Of a stretch of 64,000 bases of DNA, positions 39,950-49,477 are shown piece after piece. Source of the stretch: Phyllobates terribilis (taxonomy: Eukaryota); assembly GCF_046119375.1 (NCBI RefSeq), contig NW_027362765.1:205840001-205904000 (forward strand). Direction: 5' to 3'. Positions within the stretch are counted from its first letter, which is position 1, and each line of letters starts with the position of its first letter. The notes below the pieces were generated by a model. It was not told where the DNA came from and did no database searches. It saw only the letters and a list, made by a program, of their open reading frames with translations. Made by a program: the position numbers and the translations under genes.

Positions 39950-40209
39950 TATATACCTCTAAAAGGAAATGTTTTAATGTCAAACTTGAGAATTTTTGCA
40001 AGCACCATTCAGATAAATGGGAGAGTTACAGAAACTTCTACAACCAATTGTCAGAGTAAGAATAAAGTCTAACACTTAGGAGAAAATTTGCTATAAATTT
40101 GTTGGTCCGTGTCTATATTCTTTGTACATAGATGATAAGATTTGTTCAGGTGTTTTGTTGGCCTTCCCTGTAAGAAATCAAGTAGGTTTCCCATAGCTTT
40201 CCAATATTA

Positions 40210-40602
40210 AGGGGTTTTTCACTTTCAGGAATGCTGTAAAATAGCTAATATAACAAGCAGAGCCGGTACTCACCCTCCCTGGATCCAGCGCTGGCTCGCC
40301 ACGGCTACTCAAGTGTCTGTGTTTTGGCTGCAGTGGAGACATCACATTGACAGCGTGCCTGCCCACTGCAGCCATACACTGAGCTCAGTGATTTCCGTTG
40401 GACTTGAGGTAGCCAGAACGAGCTGCTGAGCTAAGTTATTGGCTACAGTGGGGATGCGTGTTGTCAACGTTACACCAAAGCTTCGAGACCCGAGCAGCAG
40501 TGAGGAGCAAGTGGTGGGCCTGGGGAGAGCGAGTTCCTTCTAAGTTTATTTTAGCTATTTTACAGCATTTGGGGTCCCTTTTTCTGAAAGTGAAAAACCC
40601 CT
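40210..40602. mobile_element. T2-type MITE
   Basis: TTAA-GGGGTTTTTCACTTTCAG ... CTGAAAGTGAAAAACCCCT|TTAA. Confidence 0.75.
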
Positions 40603-40755
40603 TTAATGAAAGCATCTGGATATACCGAGCATTCTGGACACATAACCCATGTAATGCCAATAGGAGCCAGACTAAAGTGACTCCACCCTGGAGCAAGGTT
40701 GGAGGCATCTAGGACACATCTGCCTCTCCTAATGGCTGGTTGTGTTTTTTTGCAG

Positions 40756-40836
40756 GCATACAAGAGAAAGACCGAGGCAGCCAAGAAGGAATATTTGAAG
40801 GCCCTTGCAGCCTACAGAGCAAGTCTGGTTTCCAAG
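40756..40836 (+). CDS. TOX2: TOX2 exon 6: C-terminal helix of the HMG box, 81 bp
   Basis: tgcag|GCA...AAG|gtaac. Encodes [27 protein letters not shown]. Confidence 0.97.
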
Positions 40837-41313
40837 GTAACAGACCGAAATAATATTAATGTCAGTCCCCAGGGAATTCCCCCAATAACTTGCATTATTT
40901 AGAAGCAAACACTATGTTCCAGTTCAATATCACAGACTGTACTTGGCGTATAAACATTGTTATAATTATATTACGCACTTTTATTTGTAGCGTTTTTAAG
41001 GTATGAGGTACATTCTGTTTGGTCTGTAATGAGAATGTTTTTATATTTGGGATTTATACCACTGTTATATTATTTATGGCGGTCGATGCTTGCTTCCTAA
41101 ACACAAAGTACAGAATAATCCACTTTGTTTCTTCCTATATATATGATAGCATAGACAAAGGAGAACTTTATGCTTAAAATCCCATACAGAAATGAATTAA
41201 ACATACTATCTATAGTGATCTGCAAGATTGTAGATATTATGTTCTATACATGAGCCCTATATGTGTATTTATTGAACATTCATTTGAAGTTTCTATTACT
41301 TTTATTACCCTAG

Positions 41314-41709
41314 AGCTACACTGACCAAGGAGAGACGAAAAACTCCCAGCCCAGTCAACCCTCCAAAATGATTCTCCCAAAGCAGTCCATGTATAATCTG
41401 CCTCCACAATCTTCATCACCATATCCAGGCCTGGCTTCATTTCTGTCCCCTGCAGACCTGCCAAGTTACCGCAGTCATCCTCACCCAAGTCTCTCCCGAA
41501 GCCTCAATGCCAAATCTATGTTGCCCAGCATCAGTGCCTCACCTCCACCACCTTTTCAGATAAGCCCTCCCCTCCACCAGCACTTGCGCCACCCCTCCAG
41601 CTCTCTTCTTAATCAATCCCTCAATATGCAGCAAGTACCACAGCCACCCATCCTTCCCCCATCCATTGGACTACAGTCACCTATGAGTTCATCTCCCACA
41701 GGTCAACAG
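41314..41709 (+). CDS. TOX2: TOX2 exon 7: Pro/Ser-rich region, 396 bp
   Basis: ccctag|AGC...CAG|gtaag. Encodes SYTDQGETKN...PGLASFLSPADL...SASPPPPFQISPPLHQ...GQQ. Confidence 0.93.
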
Positions 41710-41776
41710 GTAAGGAAGTTAATGTTGTCTGATTTTTTTTTAGTTTTTATTCATTAAGGTTTTTTATGGTCAACTA

Positions 41777-44700
41777 CCGTATATTCCGGCGTATAAGACG
41801 ACCTGGTGTATAAGACGACCCCCCTACTTTCCTGTTAAAATATAGAGTTTAGGATATATTCACCGTATAAGACTACCCCTTTTCCAACGCATACCAAACA
41901 CCGGTAAAAATTTTAAAAAAACAGATTTGAATTTAACATGGTCCTTTTTTAATTTAAATTCTTATGACATGCAGGTATATAGCAGGAAAACTGTCACTCA
42001 TAAACATATTAAAATAGGGGGGACCCCACGTCATTTTTTTGGGGGGTCCCCCATTCTAATAGCTAGTAAAGGCTAGGTATTCAGCTGGGGGCTGATATTA
42101 GTAGCCTGGGAAGCTCCGTGGGTATTACCCCCTTCCCAGACTTCAAACATCTGCCCCAGCCGTCTGCTTAACCTCCGCTAGAGACTATAATGATGGTGGA
42201 TCCCACGCCAATTTTCTTTTTAAAAAATCCTTTATTTTAACACTAAATGACAATTGAGGGGTTAATAAAGATGCAGTCCCTAAATTATTATTAATTTTGT
42301 AATTAATTTTTCCCAAAAATGTTGACGTGGGCTTCGCCATATTTTTGTGTCCAGCCAGGTACAGCAGGCAGGAACGGGCTGCCCCCAACCACCAGCTGCC
42401 TATTTGTACCTGGCCGGACACAACAATATAGGGAAGCCCTTTTTTTTTTAATTATTTCATGAAATAATTAAAAAAAAAAAGACGTGGGGCTTCGCCCTAT
42501 TTTTGTGTCCAGCCAGGTACAACTAGGCAGCTGGGGGCTGGAATCTGCAGCGCAGGGAGGCCCAAGCTTTCTGGCCCCCCCCCCGCTGCAAATTGCAGTC
42601 CGCAGCCACCCCGGAAAATGGCGCGTTCATAGAAGCGCCATCTTCTGGCGCTGTACCCAACTCATCCAGGGCCCTGGTGCGGTGGCTCACTGGGTAATAA
42701 AGGGGTTAAGGCCAGCTTGGCATTATCAGCTGGCCCTAAGCCCGAAATTCATGGGGTCACGCCAATATTAGACATGACCACCATGAATTTCTAGTAAAGT
42801 AATTAAAAAAAACACAAACACCCAGAATAAAGTCCTTTAATTGAAATAAAGACACAATTTTTTAATGTTCTAAATTAAACTATACTTACCATCACGCCCA
42901 TTCCAGCTGAAGCCAACGATCTCCTGCAATAAAAGTAAAATAATAAAGCAACCTCATCCTTACCTCTCCATGGTTCCCAGGACCGGTCCAGCTCTGCTAC
43001 ATTCACATGACAGGCTGTACCGCAGCAGAACGCTGCCGTTCAGCTTGCCATGCGGCAGACACTGAGAAGCGCAGGCATGCTTGTGCTCCTCAGTGTCTGA
43101 CTGTGACGGCATCCAGATGAGCCGAGATCATGTCCAATGAACTCGGCTCACCTCATGCACGTCACTGACAGCGTGGGAAAATTCTCCTGCTCCCCGCATG
43201 CGCAGTAGAAGTTTCCCACGCTGTCAGTGACGGACGTCCAGGAGGTGAGCTGAGTTCATTGCCGGCTCATCTGGATGCCGTCACAGCGAGACACTGAGGA
43301 GCGCAAGCATGCCTGCGCTTCTCAGTGTCTGCGGGATGACAGGCTGGATGGCAGCGTTCTGCTGCGGTCCAGCCTGTCATCTCGATGTAGCAGAGCTGAA
43401 GCTGTCCTGGGAACCATGGAAAGGTAAGGATGATGTTGGTTTATTATTTTACTTTTATTGCAGGAGATCGTTGGCTTCAGCTGGAATGGGCGTGATGGTA
43501 AGTATGGTTTAATTTAGAACAATAAAGAATTGTGTGTTTATTTCAATTAAAGGACTTTATTCTGGGTGTTTGTGTTTTTTTTAACTTTTACTATGGGGTT
43601 AATAATGGGGGTGTCTTATAGACGCCTCTCCATTTCTAACCTGGGCTTGATGTCAGCTGGCATTATAAGCTGACATCAACCCCAGCCCTATTACCCCACT
43701 GCCACCGCACCAGGGCAGCGTGGAAGAGCGAGGCTAAGTGCCAGAATTGGCGCATCCTATGAATGCGCCATTTCTGGGGCGGCTGACGGCTGGTGTTTCT
43801 AGCCTGGGAGGGGGCCAATATTCATGGCTCCCTTCCTGGGCTATTAATATCAGCCCCCAGCTGTCTGCCTAGCCTTTGCTAGCTATTAAATTAGGGGGGA
43901 CCCCACGTCATTTTTTTGGGGGGGTCCCCCATTTTAATAGCTAGTAAAGGCTATGTATTCAGCTGGGGGCTGATATTAGTAGCCTGGGAAGCTCCGTGGG
44001 TATTACCCCCTTCCCAGGCTTCAAACATCTGCCCCAGCCGTCTGCTTAACCTCCGCTAGAGCCTAAAATTAAGGGGAACCCCACGCCAATTTTTTTTTAA
44101 ATAAATCCGTTATTTTAACACTAGATGACAAGTACAGTAACCAGCACTGTCACTGTACTTCATATATATGTGACTGACATGTTTCTATCTATCTAATCTA
44201 TGTGTGATGCTCTATCTTTCTGTTATAAATTGTCGGGTACAGATGCTGAATTGCCGGCCGGCTTTTTTAAAGAGACGGTGCATGAAAACACTATTATTTG
44301 TTTTAATAAATCCTTTACACTAAATGACAAGTACAGTAAGCAACACTGTCACTGTACTTCATATATATGTGACTGACATGTTTCTATCTATCTAATCTAT
44401 GTGTGATGCTCTATTCTTTCTATTCTAAATTGTCGGGTGCCGGCTTATGCCGCTGCTGAATTGCCGGCTTTTCATATATTGTCACAGAAGCGATGCGAAA
44501 TTCCCAGCTCCGGACACAGCGCAGCGCTTCTGTGACAAGTGAAAGCTGTCGGCACAGAAGCCCTGCGCTGTGTCCGGAGCTAGGAATACGCAGCGATGTG
44601 TCAGTTTCAGCACAGAAGCGCTGACTATCTGGACCTACCGCCGCCGTATTTTAACTCCCTCCACCTTATATTAACTCCGACATGGCAGGGATACGGCCAC

Positions 44701-44841
44701 GGCAGCTTATTAACACCCCCAGAGTATCCCCGCATGTCAATTTCTGAAAGTTCAAAAGCATTACCGGCGTATAAGACGACCCCAGACTAGACAGAAGATT
44801 TTTCAGTCTTCAAAAGTCGTCTTATACGCCGGAATATACGG
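41777..44841. mobile_element. Non-autonomous pogo-like (Tc1/mariner) element, 3065 bp
   Basis: TA TSD and a perfect 26-bp TIR CCGTATATTCCGGCGTATAAGACGAC. No transposase. Internal direct repeat (~42010-42183 vs ~43885-44060) and a large palindrome. Confidence 0.88.
42803..43584. repeat. ~780-bp inverted repeat (foldback) inside the pogo-like element
   Basis: Arms of ~390 bp pair from taaaaaaaacacaaacacccagaataaag to ctttattctgggtgtttgtgtttttttta. The loop is at ~43186-43206. Confidence 0.9.
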
Positions 44842-45257
44842 TATGTCTTTCTTTTGCTGTCTGTGAATTATACTCCTACTTACTGTACCTTAAGCTAATT
44901 TTCGTAAGGTTCTCTAGGGCAATGTTCGCCATCCATTGGTTCTGACCCTCATGTGCCTCCAAGCTCTCTAACTGAGCATTTCCAGTAGTCCTTCCCAGTG
45001 TATTACAGGCACCAGGGAGAGTAACATATCTATTACTAGCTCATATGTTTTTCTCTTTTAATTACCAATTTGTCTCAACATATTTGGCAATATGACAAAT
45101 TGGCACATATGCCCTAGAAGTTCCATTTCTCTGTCCCATTTTAATAATCCACCTGAAGGTCTGCAATTAGTCTGTCTTCTTCCTTACTTTTTTGTCAATG
45201 GACCTGGTATCTCCCAACTTTAACGCTTTGCATTTGTTTTTTCACTATCATCTTAAG

Positions 45258-45388
45258 GAATTCTCCCATCTCCCATCAGAATTTCCTAGCAATGTTGGCC
45301 CACGATCCCCAGCTTCCTCCAATCCCCCTGGAAGTACAGAGTGGGACAATGAGTTTCCCAGCAGAGAGTGTGGGATCAACCACTGCAG
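45258..45388 (+). CDS. TOX2: TOX2 exon 8, 131 bp, phase 0-2
   Basis: cttaag|GAA...TGCAG|gtgagt. Encodes EFSHLPSEFPSNVGPRSPASSNPPGSTEWDNEFPSRECGINHC, homologous to human DFPHISEFP...WDSSYPSGECGISTC. Confidence 0.9.
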
Positions 45389-45470
45389 GTGAGTACACCT
45401 TAGAGCACAAAGGTCGGCCTGTGTCCAAAGTGTTAGGAAAATTCAGACTACACCTGATTTGTATTATAAG

Positions 45471-47467
45471 TGTTATGCACACGCCCGGACTGACTGGCGT
45501 GTGCGTGTTTATGTAGTGATTCCACTGTGCCATGAACCGGAGAGTGCCTGGAGGGGCGTAACTAAGTATCTGCCCGATCCGACCAAGGTGGCACGACGGC
45601 ATACGACGCCAGTGCACCAAGGAGGAACCGAGCAGAGAGACCAGGTGCTACTCCAGGACAGACCCCGGACACGGCTGTTGACCCACACAGGGGAATACAG
45701 GAACAGACTGGTAGGCTGGCACAACTGGTATGCAGGCAGGCGGGTATGCAGGCAGGGGGGTACAGGCAAGCACAGCTAGAGTGCAGACAGGGAGGCACTA
45801 GCAGGTAGGAACACAGGCGGGATAGGACCCAGTACACACTGGGACTCAGGAACAATACAGGCAGAGGGGTACAGGCAAGCACAGCTAGAGTGCAGACAGG
45901 GAGGCACTAGCAGGTAGGGACACTGGCGGGATAGGACCCAGTACACACTGGGACTCAGGAACAGAACCACAGATGTGGCGGACAAACACAGCAGAGTGAG
46001 GCCGCCCAGAGAGGTGAGCGAGAACAGGGCAGGACAAAGCCGCCTGGAGCGGTGAGCAAGAGTAGAGCAGGACAAGGCCGCCAGGAGCGGTGAGCAAAGG
46101 GTCAGAGCTGAGCGAGACTGCCGGAGCAGTGAGCAAGAGTGGAGCAAGACGAGACCGCCTGGAGCGGTGAGCAAGAGTGGAGCAAGACTGCCGGAGCAGT
46201 GAGCAAAAGGATAACAGCGGAGCGAGACTGCCGGAGCAGTGAGCAAAAGGGTCAGAGCGGAGCAAGGCTGCCGGAGCAGCGAGCAAAGGAGTCAGAGCAG
46301 GCTAGAACCGCCGGAGCGGTAAGCAAAGGAGTCAGAGCAGGCTAGAACCGCCGGAGCGGTGAGCAAAGGAGTCAGAGCAGGCTAGAACCGCCGGAGCGGT
46401 GAGCAAAGGAGTCAGAGCAGGCTAGAACCGCCGGAGCGGTGAGCAAAGGAGTCAGAGCAGGCAAGGCTGAGCAGGGGGGACAGGGCTCTGTTCACACGGA
46501 ACAGACAGGAAGGGAAAGGCAGAGCCAGATACCCACAGGGTACTTGCAGTGAAGTAGCGAGTGGACCACAAACTCACAAACGGGAGTACAGAGACAACAA
46601 GCAGGAGTTAGGTACGAGTTCAGACTCTGCAGAAAAAGGAAGGGAACGGACATAGAGGCAAAACAGGTAAAGGATAGGAGAGAGTTCAGACTGGAACTGA
46701 GTGTATGGAGGAGACCGACACTGCAGCGGAATACAGGAGCGGGTCTGGGAATACGGCCCCCAGAGAGGCAGGATGAACAGGCAAGGAGCGTGTTCAGACA
46801 GGACAGACAAGATACAGGAGCGGGTCTAGGTAATCGGCCCCTAGAAGGCAGGAGGAACAGGCTAGGAGCGTGTTCAGACAGGACAGACAAGATACCAGAG
46901 CGGGTCTAGATAATCAGCCCCTAGAAGGCGGGAGGAACAGGCTAGGAGCGTGTTCAGACAGGCCTGGAAATACAGCCTCCAGGATAGGCAGACAAGAGAA
47001 CACAGACAGGACTCAGTTCAGACACGGGAACTGATACCGCAAGGCAGGAGACATAGACAGGACTCAGTTCAGACACGGGAACTGAAACCGCAAGGCAGGA
47101 GACAGACAGGACTCAGTTCAGACACGGGAACAGATACCGCAAAGCAGGAGACAAAGAACGGGACCTGGCACCTTCAGAGTGCAAGCACACACTGAAAGAA
47201 ACACTATGCTCAGGCAGGGATAGATGGGAGCAGCTGAGCTATATACCAGGTGACAGACAGCAATAGGCTGAGGACGCACAAGGGGTGTGACCCACAGCAG
47301 GTACAAAAAGCAGGAAGTGATCGGGCGCCGCCCTTAAGCAGCAGAAGCAGACACAAACAGACAGCATGGAGGGAAGCCAGAGAGACATTCTGGACTGGAG
47401 ATCAAGTGCGCGCTCTTGCACAGTGGGAGATGGACCACCATGCAAGGACGCCGCCAGGTATGTTACA
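45471..47467 (-). repeat. 3' LTR (1997 bp)
   Basis: Direct repeat of 49478-51594. Contains internal 109-, 40-, 80- and ~49-bp tandem arrays. Confidence 0.95.
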
Positions 47468-49338
47468 GTACCCCCCCCCTTACGCCCCCTCTTCTTCAGG
47501 CCTGCCAGAATCTTCCGCAGGGAATTCGAGGACCAGTCGTTCACTTCAAGGAGATCACTTCCACTGTCCACAGGAAAAACTGATCTCATCTGGTTAGCTA
47601 GGATGCTACCTCCTATCCAGCCATCCTCAGCAACAGACGAAACGGGTGGAGTACCAGGAACAGCACACAAGGAAGTCTCTCTCCACATATTTTCAGGTGG
47701 CACCCCAGAGGGTACAGGAGACAACTGGAAGTCCTTCACTGGGTTGGAGGGGGACAGAGACTTGAGGGTAATCTCTGCTTCGAGGTACATCTTGTCAAGC
47801 TTACAGGAAGAAATAGACGGGTTATCAGGTACATAATGAGGAAAAGTCACTGTCTCTTTGTTATCTGGTGGTACCCCGGAGGATTCAGGAAACAACTGGA
47901 GGTCCCCCGCCGGGTCAGAAGAGTGCAGAGGCTCAGAGAAAACATCTGCTTCAGAGTACACTAGGTCGGGCTCACTGGACGAAGCAGGCGAGGTATCGGG
48001 TACCGAGTATAGGAAAGTCTCTGTCCATTCACCACCAGGTGGCACCCCGAAGGGTTCTGGAGACAACTGGCGGTCCTCCGCCTGGTCAGAGGGGTGTAGA
48101 GACTCACGGGTAACCTCTGCTTCAGAGTACACTAGGTCGGACTCACTGGACGAAGCAAGCGAGGTATCAGATCCAGGATATAGGAAAGTCTCTGTCCATT
48201 CACCACCAGGTGGCACCCAGAAGGGTTCTGGAGAAAACTGGAGGTCCTCCGCCTGGTCGGAGGGGTGTAGAGACTCGGGAGTAACCTCTGCTTCGGAGTA
48301 CACTAGGTTGGACTCACTGGACGAAGCGAGCGAGGTATCAGGTACAGAGTATAGGAGAGTCTCTGTCCTTTCGCTACCAGGTAGCACCCCGAAGGGTTCA
48401 GGAGACAACTGGAGGTCCTCCGCCTGGTCGGAGGGGTGTAGAGACTCGGGGGTAACTACCACTTTGGGGTACCCTTTGTCAGGCTCACAGGACGAAGCGG
48501 ACAAAGTATTGAGTACCGGGTGTAGAGAAGTCTCTCTCCATTTGTCATCGAGTGGTATCCCGGAGGATTCAGGAGGCAACAGGGGGTCCTCCACCAGGTA
48601 GCAGAGGTGCACAGACTCTGAGGTAACCACAGCTTTGGAGCATCCTTGGACATGCACACCGGTAAAAGTGGGTGAAGCATCTGATGCCGGGTGCAGGAAG
48701 TTCTCCTGTGTGGAGTCTGGATGGGCAGAAGTCTCTTCGGGCAGGAGAACTGGTGCACTACCCACGCACATTACCAGTTGGGGCTTCTCCAGGATACAGG
48801 GAGATGAAGCTTCAGTAGGGACTTCAAGGTTGGGGTCAGGAGGTCTCAGGGAGGACAGACCCTGGCGTGACGGCTTGCCTCTACGTCTAGCACGTCTGGA
48901 CTGCCTCTTGAGGTTGGGAGAAGTATTCCGGAAAGCGTAGTCACCCTGTGAGGATTCTGGGTGGGCAGTAGTCTCATTGGGCTGGAGGACTATTGCGCTA
49001 CCCACACACATTACCCGTCGGGGCTGCTCCGGGATATTGGGAAGTGAAGCTTCAGCAGGGGCTTCAGGGTTAGGGTCCTCGAAGACCATACGAAAGGCCA
49101 CCAGGAAGGCCTGCAGGTCAAGGACGACAGGATCCCATGCTTCCCATAGGGGGGTGACCCATTTCAAGGCATCACCCGCTAGGTAGTCAATCATAAAGGC
49201 CACTTTAGCCCAATCTGAAGGAAAATAGAGAGGGTAGGCCTTAAAGTGTAGCATGCATTGCTCCACAAATGCACGACACTGTCTTGGATCCCCATAGTAA
49301 CGTGGCGGATCCGCAGGAACGAGAGCTGATAGATCCAT
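47239..49338 (-). CDS. 699-aa ORF: Ty3/Gypsy Gag capsid N-domain (PEG10/RTL/DUF4939-like), acidic Pro/Ser repeats and a degenerate integrase-chromodomain tail
   Basis: PPRYYGDPRQCRAFVEQC...AKVAFMIDYLAGDALKWVTPLWE...FLVAFRMVFEDP; six ~57-aa repeats (171-bp period at 47946, 48117, 48288); ends KKRGRKGGGTVT across the PPT and continues into the 3' LTR. Confidence 0.72.
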   Translation of the reverse strand: MDLSALVPADPPRYYGDPRQCRAFVEQCMLHFKAYPLYFPSDWAKVAFMIDYLAGDALKWVTPLWEAWDPVVLDLQAFLVAFRMVFEDPNPEAPAEASLPNIPEQPRRVMCVGSAIVLQPNETTAHPESSQGDYAFRNTSPNLKRQSRRARRRGKPSRQGLSSLRPPDPNLEVPTEASSPCILEKPQLVMCVGSAPVLLPEETSAHPDSTQENFLHPASDASPTFTGVHVQGCSKAVVTSESVHLCYLVEDPLLPPESSGIPLDDKWRETSLHPVLNTLSASSCEPDKGYPKVVVTPESLHPSDQAEDLQLSPEPFGVLPGSERTETLLYSVPDTSLASSSESNLVYSEAEVTPESLHPSDQAEDLQFSPEPFWVPPGGEWTETFLYPGSDTSLASSSESDLVYSEAEVTRESLHPSDQAEDRQLSPEPFGVPPGGEWTETFLYSVPDTSPASSSEPDLVYSEADVFSEPLHSSDPAGDLQLFPESSGVPPDNKETVTFPHYVPDNPSISSCKLDKMYLEAEITLKSLSPSNPVKDFQLSPVPSGVPPENMWRETSLCAVPGTPPVSSVAEDGWIGGSILANQMRSVFPVDSGSDLLEVNDWSSNSLRKILAGLKKRGRKGGGTVTYLAASLHGGPSPTVQERALDLQSRMSLWLPSMLSVCVCFCCLRAAPDHFLLFVPAVGHTPCASSAYCCLSPGI
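47471..47481 (-). other. Polypurine tract
   Basis: The minus strand reads AAGGGGGGGGG-TAC immediately before the 3' LTR (TGTAACA). Confidence 0.85.
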
Positions 49339-49465
49339 CTGGACGGTGCGTAATTCGCCTGGAACTCAGCTAAGGAAAAAAAAAATTTATTTATTTATTT
49401 TAATGCATGTATTCGCTGGAAAACTTCTCAGAGAGCGAAGGCCGTGGGGCTCAACGGGAACCATG

Positions 49466-49475
49466 GCCTGAGCAT
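49466..49475 (-). other. Primer-binding site, non-tRNA (self-priming type)
   Basis: Minus-strand ATGCTCAGGC lies 2 nt after the 5' LTR. It lacks the TGG start of a tRNA PBS and is complementary to LTR position 51342-51333. Confidence 0.7.
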
Positions 49476-49477
49476 GC

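Noticed and set aside
45459-46890. Numerous ORFs within the LTRs (also 49508-51322)
   Set aside because: They arise from low-complexity tandem arrays with few stop codons and are duplicated only because the LTR is duplicated.
47858-48601. 247-aa plus-strand ORF antisense to the Gag-repeat ORF
   Set aside because: It is probably a shadow of the 171-bp repeats and biased codon use, with no independent motif.
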